Positions 1 through 7,737 of a stretch of DNA of 64,000 bases are shown here, one piece after another; the stretch's first letter is position 1, and every line of letters starts with the position of its first letter. This DNA is from Leptolyngbyaceae cyanobacterium (GTDB lineage: Bacteria > Cyanobacteriota > Cyanobacteriia > Phormidesmidales > Phormidesmidaceae). The DNA is taken from contig CBDHHL010000056.1 in NCBI GenBank assembly GCA_965263355.1, positions 640,001-704,000 of the forward strand, read 5' to 3'. The translations under genes and the position numbers were made by a program. The notes below the pieces were generated by a model that had not been told where the DNA came from, did no database searches, and saw nothing but the letters and a program-made list of their open reading frames with translations.

Positions 1-115
1 ACCAAAGATTAGGGCACTGTAAGGATTCAAGTTAGCTCCTATCGTAAGACTCTAGGGGTGGGATATGCTCATCCCTAACGATATATTCGCTACAGACTAA
101 TCAAGGAAGTCGTAA

Positions 116-1086
116 ATGCAGACACTAAGGCAACGGGTAAAAACCATTGTTTTGCTGATAGTTGGCATTCTATTATCAGCGATTGGCCAGGCCCAGGCCA
201 CACCAATAGATATCCCTGGAACCAGCGTTTCCTTAGAACCACCGGCTGGATTTACGATATCTGATAACTTTGCTGGGTTAGAAAATACCGCAAGTGGCTC
301 AACCATTACCATTAATGAACTTCCATTCGAAGCCTACGAAGAAGTTGCTACGGTGTTTAGCACTACAGAAGCAGCAACTGAGGCATTAGTCAGACAGGGC
401 ATCATCATCGAAGCGCATACTTTGCTAGATATAGGTGAGAAACCCAGGTTCCTTTGCTAAAAGGCACTCAACAGGCAGCAGAGGGGGAAATCACCAAGTA
501 TTTAACCCTGTTTAAGGGAGAGACAACCGTATTGGTAACGTTTAATATTTTTAACCCAGCCCGCATCACACAAGAAGTTGTAGAAACAACAATCACATCG
601 ATCACCCTAGCCACTGCCCCAACCATAGAAGAGAAAATTGCCCAACTCTCTTTTATATTTCAACCAGCAGCTCCTTTTAACATTTCCAATGTGATCGGCG
701 GCTCAGGTGTTTTACTCACAACATTCGAAGGCACCGATCCATCTGGGATGGAGCCTATCGTAATTATTGCCAGGGGACAAAACATCATTTACGACCAAGA
801 TGCAGCCGACATATCAGAAGATTTATTACGCGGTACTAGAGGATTATCATTAGCCAGGATAGTGCAACAAGAGTTTGTCGAATTTGCCGGTGGTAATGGT
901 TATTTGATTGAAGCAGTTTGTCGAATATAGATTGAAGCAGGACTAACCATCATTCAATATACTTATGTACCGGCTAATGGGCACTACATTCGATTACTAG
1001 CAACTGGCGAAAGCAACAGGCTTACTGAGGTGTTGCCTACTATAAAAGAGATCGCAAATTCAGTTGTGGATAGACAGAGCCCATAG
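116..1086 (+). pseudogene. Secreted/periplasmic hypothetical protein, disrupted (frameshift near 440-455, in-frame TAG at 928-930)
   Basis: ORF 116-460 has a signal peptide (AQA/TP). It continues in another frame (454-930), and after the TAG the same frame stays open to 1086 (IEAGLTIIQYTYVPANGHYIRLLATGE...). Confidence 0.6.
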
Positions 1087-1333
1087 CCCTAGATGCTTGA
1101 AATTCTTGCTAATATAGCTTTAATGTATGAATATTGGAACTCAATGCCTCAAATGCTCCCTTAACAATTAAACATCTAGCCGTACTTTTTAAATCACTAA
1201 GGGTCACATCTGACTAATGAAATTAGCTAACTCCTTGCCATACACAGATCTAAAGCTTTTTTGTAGAAATAGCGAGCGGTTGTTCGCAGAATGTGGTTTA
1301 GCTGATGAACTAGGTTAGTTATTTTCTAAGCTC

Positions 1334-2974
1334 ATGGCAAGCTTAAATTATTACTACAGTGTGCTCGATTTAGTACCTGGCAGCACCCAAGAAGAGATTA
1401 AACGAGCCTATCGAAAACTGGCCCAACAGTGGCATCCAGATAAGTTTTCCACAGAACCGGAACAATTAAAAAAAGAAGCGAGAAAAAAGTTTGAGTTAAT
1501 CAAAGAAGCTTACGATAACCTGATTCAATTCTCTTCCGCAGATACATCTAGTTTTAGCCCCAAAATCTCAGTTCGTCCCCCCAGCGCTGAAGAACAGTAC
1601 AAAACAGGCATCGCTTATCTGCAGGCGGGTAAACGAAAACAGGCAATTGAGTGCTTTTCCCAGGCAATTCGTAAGCGATCTGGCTATCTCAAAGCCTATC
1701 AGGCCAGGGCGTTTACATTTGAGCAACTGGGTTTAAATTTGCAGGCTAAGGCGGACTTTGATAAGGTCGCTGAACTCAAGCGGTACGCTTCAGCTCAAAA
1801 CACTGAGGCCAGTTCCCTAACTGATGCTGAAATTGCCTTCCAGAAAGGCTTGGTCCAGTTCAAGTCGAGAAAATATGGGGCGGCAATCGAGAGCTTCACT
1901 ACAGTCATTGGGCTGAACCCTAAACATGTAAATGCCTATCGCTATCGCAGTCAGGCTTATTTTCGTCGTGGCTATGACAAGCAGGCTGATGCGGATTTCA
2001 AACGGATGCGTGACCTGGAGCAACAATCTAATGTCTCCAATTCCAGTAATGCTTATACCCATCGGTCAACTAAGGTGCCTACCTGGCGATGTGTTTACAC
2101 CCTGGCGCGCCATACGGATGTGGTATCTGGGCTTGCGATCGCACGCGACGGCAAAAAGCTAGCCACCAGCAGCTATGATAAAACACTACGGCTGTGGAGC
2201 ACTAAGACCGGCAGCTTATTAAAAACCTTTAATGACCACAGTCAAGCCATATATTGTGTTGCATTCAGCTGGGATAGCAAACTAATCGCCAGCGGTAGTG
2301 CCGATAAAACCATCAAAATCTGGGATGTCCGCACAGGGGAGTTGCTACGGTCGTTCGGTAATTTAATTGCAGGCCATTCCGATACCGTTACTGCCCTGGC
2401 ATTTAGCCCCAATCACCAATTTTTAGCCAGTGCCAGTCTAGACAAAACCGTTCGCCTCTGGTCAGTCAAAACCGGCAAAGAAATTTATGTCCTTAAGGAC
2501 TATCCAGGATCAATTTTAACCCTGGCCATGGGTTGGGATGGCAAGGCAATCGTATACGGAGGTAAAAGTAATACCCTCAGCATGCGTCATACTAAAACAG
2601 GCAAGCCGATTCGCTCTTTTCCCACCGATGATCAGCCTAACCGATCTATTGCGCTGAGTCGACAACGTTTTCTCTTAGCGGTAGCTAATGGAACAGAGAT
2701 TGCTATGTGGAATCGACAGTATCAAAAAAAGTTGTTTGAACTTAGAGGCCATACTGGAGCTGTCAGTTCTCTGGCCTTTAGCGCTGATAGTGACACTTTA
2801 ATCAGTGGCAGCTACGACAAAACAATCAAGCTATGGAATACAAACACTGGCAAAAATATTGATACGCTGGCGGACCACCAGGCAGCTGTCTGTTCCGTTG
2901 CCTGTAGTTTAGATGGCAAACTAATTGTCAGCAGTAGTGCCGATAAAACCACTAAAATTTGGCAACAGATATAA
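1334..2974 (+). CDS. DnaJ-domain / TPR / WD40-repeat protein
   Basis: N-terminal J domain with HPD motif (WHPDK), two TPR blocks, C-terminal GH...WD-type repeats (SGSADKTIKIWD). Confidence 0.9.
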   Translation: MASLNYYYSVLDLVPGSTQEEIKRAYRKLAQQWHPDKFSTEPEQLKKEARKKFELIKEAYDNLIQFSSADTSSFSPKISVRPPSAEEQYKTGIAYLQAGKRKQAIECFSQAIRKRSGYLKAYQARAFTFEQLGLNLQAKADFDKVAELKRYASAQNTEASSLTDAEIAFQKGLVQFKSRKYGAAIESFTTVIGLNPKHVNAYRYRSQAYFRRGYDKQADADFKRMRDLEQQSNVSNSSNAYTHRSTKVPTWRCVYTLARHTDVVSGLAIARDGKKLATSSYDKTLRLWSTKTGSLLKTFNDHSQAIYCVAFSWDSKLIASGSADKTIKIWDVRTGELLRSFGNLIAGHSDTVTALAFSPNHQFLASASLDKTVRLWSVKTGKEIYVLKDYPGSILTLAMGWDGKAIVYGGKSNTLSMRHTKTGKPIRSFPTDDQPNRSIALSRQRFLLAVANGTEIAMWNRQYQKKLFELRGHTGAVSSLAFSADSDTLISGSYDKTIKLWNTNTGKNIDTLADHQAAVCSVACSLDGKLIVSSSADKTTKIWQQI

Positions 2975-3241
2975 GCCAAGAGAGGGAGGTCTTAAGCACA
3001 TTATTAAATTGAAGTAACACACTTGACAGGCTTTGCAGATGACAAGAAATGATGACGATCTTGGAAAAGAAACTCACTGTAGTCAGCTAAATCATCTAAG
3101 CCTAGGCAATTCAGTGCTATTTCTGCACTCAACCAAAACAGAATTTTCAAAAGAAATTTAGGCCAATGAATTTGCATGATCCGTTGTCGCTTGTAAATAC
3201 TAACCTGCTTGCTAGAGAGTAAGCGCCTACTTGAGCAGACG

Positions 3242-3739
3242 TTAAGCCGTCAAGGGATTAATGCCCATCTTGCCAACGATAAGGCATAGGACTGCAATCT
3301 GTTGATTAAAGCCCAGTGTCATGAGTTTATTTAGGGCTGCAGTTGCTGGTGCAGATAACTGATAGTCTTGCGGCATCGGAATAACATCTCCGAAGCACAT
3401 CCATTCGGCTAACTGATACCAAAATGCCAACTTGTTGTTGCTAGTCAGACATCCGTAATCACGAGTCATCGCGTTATTAGTTCCCGCCACCAAATCTCTC
3501 ATAAACTGCAACTGCTCTTCATGGGATAGATTAGCCACCTGATAGATTAAACTTCCGGCTAATTTGATCCGATCTGTTGTGTGAGAAGTCGCAGGCGTCA
3601 TCAAATCTCCTATGTTTCTATACAGAAGCCACAGGAGACCCAACTGGTCATCAATGGGTAACCGTTGGATAGTACCCACTACATCAGGAACAGCAGCAAA
3701 AATATTAGAGTAAGCGGGCTTATCAGCAGCAGTGGCCAT
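3242..3739 (-). CDS. Helical carotenoid protein (orange carotenoid protein N-terminal-domain homolog)
   Basis: LPIDDQLGLLWLLY...MTPA, EEQLQFMRDL, KLAFWYQLAEWM and FNQQI motifs of the OCP-NTD family. 165 aa, no C-terminal domain. Confidence 0.88.
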   Translation of the reverse strand: MATAADKPAYSNIFAAVPDVVGTIQRLPIDDQLGLLWLLYRNIGDLMTPATSHTTDRIKLAGSLIYQVANLSHEEQLQFMRDLVAGTNNAMTRDYGCLTSNNKLAFWYQLAEWMCFGDVIPMPQDYQLSAPATAALNKLMTLGFNQQIAVLCLIVGKMGINPLTA

Positions 3740-3763
3740 GGGTCAAGTATTTAGAATCTGATG

Positions 3764-3785
3764 CGTTACATTAATTAATGTAACG
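3764..3785. promoter_or_regulatory. Perfect 22-bp palindrome CGTTACATTAATTAATGTAACG, HLR1-like half-sites
   Basis: Lies between the divergent HCP and HEAT genes. Contains GTTACATT, the RpaB HLR1-type octamer. Confidence 0.55.
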
Positions 3786-3998
3786 TAACTTAAGTTTACA
3801 TTACAACTTGATAACTCTAATCTTTGCCCCCCTAGCGATAAGGGTGAAAATTCGTATAGATAGGCAATAATACTTGCTTTCAATGATTCGGTTATCCGAC
3901 GTCTATGATTACGGCTCTCCACATGGGCTGAAATCTGAGCAATATTTACATTAGTTAATAAATTTACTCAGATTTGTATTTGGGCCTCTAAAACGATT

Positions 3999-4658
3999 AT
4001 GAACATCCGACAGATTGAATCATTTCTTGAGAGTCCTAACCCTCAAAACAGAATGAAGGCCATTACTGAACTTAGGCATCATGAGCCCTCTATGGTAGTC
4101 CCCCTACTTAAGCGCAGCATGTATGATAAAGAGCTTTTAGTGCGCTCCTTTGTTGCGATGGGATTAGGGGCTAAGCGAAATGATGAGGGCTTTGATGCAC
4201 TGCTCAGTATTATTGAGCATGATGATGATCCGAATGTGGTCGCTGAGGCTGCTAATTCCTTAGCTAATTTTGGGCCTCAGGCCATCCCTCATCTAACTGC
4301 GTTATTTGAACAAAATTCTCACTGGCTGATTCGACAGAGTATTTTTCCCGTACTGGACTATCCAGAAAGCTTTGAAGCTCTTGTAAAATTATGCCGTTTA
4401 GGCTACCAAGACAAAGATCCAATAGTCAAACTGGCTGCGATCGCTAACTTAGACAGACTAAAGGGAACTGCTCAAGCCTCTGAAGCCTTAGCCATACTAC
4501 TTCAAGCAGCAACTGACGGCAATGCATTCATCCGAGCTAAAGTCGCTCGACTACTAATGCATTTTGATACCCCCCAGGCCCAAGCAGCCCTAGCAGAACT
4601 ACGGCAGGATTCTGATTATCGTGTCGTTAAGGTTTTTCTCGAAGCACTCATACCGTAG
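3999..4658 (+). CDS. HEAT-repeat / PBS lyase family protein (NblB-like)
   Basis: Tandem HEAT/PBS-lyase repeats (LVRSFVAMGLG, DPNVVAEAANSL, HWLIRQS); 219 aa. Confidence 0.8.
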   Translation: MNIRQIESFLESPNPQNRMKAITELRHHEPSMVVPLLKRSMYDKELLVRSFVAMGLGAKRNDEGFDALLSIIEHDDDPNVVAEAANSLANFGPQAIPHLTALFEQNSHWLIRQSIFPVLDYPESFEALVKLCRLGYQDKDPIVKLAAIANLDRLKGTAQASEALAILLQAATDGNAFIRAKVARLLMHFDTPQAQAALAELRQDSDYRVVKVFLEALIP

Positions 4659-4738
4659 TTTTTGTTGTGCATTAATGGTGCCGGGCAAAGACCTATGTAC
4701 TCTGAGTATTTGTCAGTTAATTTACATTTTGCAATATT

Positions 4739-4759
4739 TGCGTTACATTAATTAACAAT
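4739..4759 (+). promoter_or_regulatory. HLR1-like direct repeat (GTTACATT-AA-TTAACAAT) upstream of psb34
   Basis: Matches (G/T)TTACA(T/A)(T/A)-N2 repeat with one mismatch. 17 bp are identical to 3762-3778. Confidence 0.55.
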
Positions 4760-4784
4760 AGAAGCAGATAAAGGGGAACTACCC

Positions 4785-4955
4785 ATGTACACCACTACTG
4801 AAGATGGCGGACGGCTTAACAATTATGCATCTGAGCCAAAGATGTATTTGGCGGAGCATCCTGAGCCTGAACAGCAGCGTCGTTACCTGTTCCAAGGTGG
4901 TCTAGCACTTTTATTTGTTGTCACTTTGTTGGTCACTGCTCTAGCTGTTAGCTAG
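4785..4955 (+). CDS. psb34: Photosystem II assembly factor Psb34 (Ssl1498 family), 56 aa; not in the ORF track
   Basis: Manual translation MYTTTEDGGRLNNYASEPKMYLAEHPEPEQQRRYLFQGGLALLFVVTLLVTALAVS. Has the LNNYA-EP-MY motif plus one TM helix; RBS AAGGGG. Confidence 0.88.
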   Translation: MYTTTEDGGRLNNYASEPKMYLAEHPEPEQQRRYLFQGGLALLFVVTLLVTALAVS

Positions 4956-5020
4956 TCCGCTTCATTCTCAAAGTTATTTGTTCATTTGCAACGCATCTCA
5001 AATTCAGGAGACTTAACTCT

Positions 5021-5254
5021 ATGATTGGTATTTTGCTAGCCGTCATCATTGTTGGTTGGGTTGGAGCCGCTATTCTCGGTACTCAGGCTTACTTTCTTGG
5101 TGAGCAGTCCAAGCCTATTCACGAGCGCAATTTAAATTCTGACGGTTTTGAGACTATTTCCAAAGTAGTCACTGGTCGTGAGACTGACTACAACACTCGT
5201 GTAGTTCCTTTCGGTGGCGATGCTTACACGAGTGCAGCCCTTAGCAATCAGTAG
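5021..5254 (+). CDS. psb35: Psb35-related small membrane protein
   Basis: VGWVGAAILGTQAYFLGEQSKPIHERN motif, N-terminal TM helix, RBS AGGAG. Confidence 0.7.
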   Translation: MIGILLAVIIVGWVGAAILGTQAYFLGEQSKPIHERNLNSDGFETISKVVTGRETDYNTRVVPFGGDAYTSAALSNQ

Positions 5255-5376
5255 GTAGAATTTCGGAAGATGAGCGCTAGTTGGCGGCAGTTTGAAGCAC
5301 CGTCACTAGCTATGCTCCCGGATAGTTTTGCATATTCTTTTGTTCAGTGTCAGGCAAGTTTTAGCTAATGCCTATT

Positions 5377-5403
5377 GGCCCTCGCATTTAGTGAGGGCCT
5401 TTT
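5377..5403 (+). terminator. Intrinsic terminator after psb34-psb35
   Basis: GGCCCTC-N9-GAGGGCC followed by TTTT. Confidence 0.6.
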
Positions 5404-5499
5404 GTAGTGACAGAGACACTTTTATAAGGTTTCTTGCTGTCCATTAGTTTAGGTTACGGGTGCGCTTACCGATTTAAAGTTCGGGAATGCATACCATCG

Positions 5500-5552
5500 A
5501 GCGATCAATGTAGCGCAATCTCCTCCAAGGAGGATACGCTACATTGATCGCT
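5500..5552. repeat. 16-bp inverted repeat with inner hairpin, between convergent genes (REP-like or terminator)
   Basis: AGCGATCAATGTAGCG ... CGCTACATTGATCGCT, with inner TCCTCCAAGGAGGA. Confidence 0.65.
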
Positions 5553-5619
5553 ACAATTTGCGTTTCAGAGAATTTGTGAGTATCTACTTTACAGCCGCAA
5601 AAAAACTAGGCAATCCTAT

Positions 5620-7698
5620 TCAACCAGGTTCGGCTAGATAGGACTGTAAGTGAGGATTCAAGGCTTGGCGGGCAGCCATGGCATGTTCGAAACGCTTACT
5701 TTGATTTTGCTGAATCAGTTTATCAAACCAGTCTCCTATAGAGTCTGGAACTGATGCAAACTGACGCCATGCTAAATCACCACTTACAGTTGGCAGGGTT
5801 AGCTGGTCTATAGATTGACCTGTCAAAGCTTGGAGTCCGATTAAACCAAGGGCATATATGTCACTACTCATGACCGGGCGACCAATACGCTGCTCTAGGG
5901 GCTGATAGTCGCGTTGCATCAGCAGTTGCTTACGGTATTCGGCAGACTGTTGGCTAACGCCAATCATGACGCGTTTACCTAGACCACTATCTATCAGCAT
6001 CATGGATGGACTTAGGGTTTCTCGACCACCAGTCTGAATAAAAGAGTCATCCCTCAATCCTGCATGGATCTGTTTGTGTCGATGAAATATCCCAACTTGT
6101 TCAAGTAAGCGGTCCATGAGCAACAGGACTGACTCCAACGGCCAAGGTGCCTGTAACTTGGCTTGTAAGAGTTGTTCCTGATTAAAGGCTTCTCCTAACC
6201 CGTGGATGATGTAGAACGTATTGTCTACTTGACCAAAGGTATATCCAGGAAATTGAGAGCGTAGAGGTTCGAATTTTTCTGTTTCCTTTTCCATAACCCG
6301 CTTTAAAAGCTCAGCGGTATCTTGGGAATAGGCTCTAAGTGTCTGCAACAGTACTAAGGAATCTGTTTGCTTATCTAGGGCAATTGAGATGGGCCCCAAT
6401 GGTTCTTGGCGAAGAAAGTACTGTACCTGATAGCGTTGTGCTGCAAATCTTGAGAAAGATCCTTTAGGCACCAATGAAATACTGGCAGTTCCTGATTGGT
6501 TACCAGGCTGTGAAGTCTCTATGGCCTTAATCGGTTGAATATCCTGGGCCCGTTTAGAGGATTGAGATAGTTGTCTGGATTCAAACTGTTCAGATGGCTG
6601 TTTGGTTGCTTTGACGATCGCAAGTTGAGTTTCAACCCTGGCAAGGGTAACAGCAAAATCTATGGGTTTAGTAATATAATCATTGGCCCCGAGTTCAAAG
6701 GCTTTGACCATATCGTCACTTTGGGCCTTTGCAGTCACCATCAACACTGGCATTTGGTTGCGGGAATAGGTTTGCCGAATACGTTTTAACGTTTCAATGC
6801 CGTCAATTCCCGGCATCATGATATCCAACAAAACTAGGGCCACGCCTTGGTTATTTTGAATGTAATCCAAAGCGGCCTCTCCGCTTTCTACCACCACTGC
6901 TTGATAGCCACGACGGTTAAGACGGCGACTCAGCATGTCGCGGTTGTCTTCGTTATCATCGACCACAAGAATGGGTAGCCCACTGAATGCATTTTGAGAT
7001 TTTTTAACTGCAGCAGGGGTTATCGGCATTTCATTATCGTCGAGTGTCATTGGGGTGATGGGGGTAACGGGAGGCATCGTCACATCTGCAGTAATTGGAG
7101 TTACTGGAGCGATTGGCGTGACTGAGGCTGTAGACGGAGTCGTCAGTGGAGTTGTGATGGGAGTAACGGGAGAAGTAGGTGGAGTGGGTGAAGTCGTCTT
7201 TGGTGGTGTAATCGGAGAGACTGAGGCAGCTGGTGCTGTAATTGGGGCCACTGGTGTGATGGGAATAACTGGCACAGTGGTCGTTTCAGAAACGGCTGGT
7301 GCTTTCGGCTTGTCTGACACTCTGTCTAGCTGTTCAGCGGATAGGAATGCCTTGATCTTGCTTAGTAATCTTTTGAGATCAATTGGCTTAGTGTCATAGT
7401 CGTCACAGCCTGCTGCCAAGGCTTGATCCCGATCACCCCGCATGGCATGGGCGGTCAAGGCAATAATGGGAACCTGCTGTGTATGGGGTTGGGCTTTTAA
7501 TCGCCGGGTTGCTTCCCAACCATCAATTACCGGCAGACTCATGTCCATGAGAATAAGGTCAAATGGCTGAGCGGATGCGATCGCAATCGCTTCAGCCCCA
7601 TCTACTGCAACAGCTAAATCATATCCACGACGACGAAGGCGTCGACTTAACATGTCTCGATTTAGCTCGTTATCTTCAACCAATAAGATTCTTGTCAT
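5620..7698 (-). CDS. Double receiver-domain protein with Pro/Thr-rich linker and C-terminal Ser/Thr pseudokinase domain
   Basis: Two REC domains (LILMD, LVLLD; TKP). Kinase-like C-terminus with degenerate motifs HAGLRDDSF, LIDSGLG, YQPLEQ, SDIYALG. Confidence 0.8.
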   Translation of the reverse strand: MTRILLVEDNELNRDMLSRRLRRRGYDLAVAVDGAEAIAIASAQPFDLILMDMSLPVIDGWEATRRLKAQPHTQQVPIIALTAHAMRGDRDQALAAGCDDYDTKPIDLKRLLSKIKAFLSAEQLDRVSDKPKAPAVSETTTVPVIPITPVAPITAPAASVSPITPPKTTSPTPPTSPVTPITTPLTTPSTASVTPIAPVTPITADVTMPPVTPITPMTLDDNEMPITPAAVKKSQNAFSGLPILVVDDNEDNRDMLSRRLNRRGYQAVVVESGEAALDYIQNNQGVALVLLDIMMPGIDGIETLKRIRQTYSRNQMPVLMVTAKAQSDDMVKAFELGANDYITKPIDFAVTLARVETQLAIVKATKQPSEQFESRQLSQSSKRAQDIQPIKAIETSQPGNQSGTASISLVPKGSFSRFAAQRYQVQYFLRQEPLGPISIALDKQTDSLVLLQTLRAYSQDTAELLKRVMEKETEKFEPLRSQFPGYTFGQVDNTFYIIHGLGEAFNQEQLLQAKLQAPWPLESVLLLMDRLLEQVGIFHRHKQIHAGLRDDSFIQTGGRETLSPSMMLIDSGLGKRVMIGVSQQSAEYRKQLLMQRDYQPLEQRIGRPVMSSDIYALGLIGLQALTGQSIDQLTLPTVSGDLAWRQFASVPDSIGDWFDKLIQQNQSKRFEHAMAARQALNPHLQSYLAEPG

Positions 7699-7737
7699 AA
7701 TCCCCTTAATTAACCTCAGCCTACAATCACTACCGGG

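Noticed and set aside
7055..7399. Gly/Val-rich plus-strand ORF
   Set aside because: Antisense mirror of the Pro/Thr linker.
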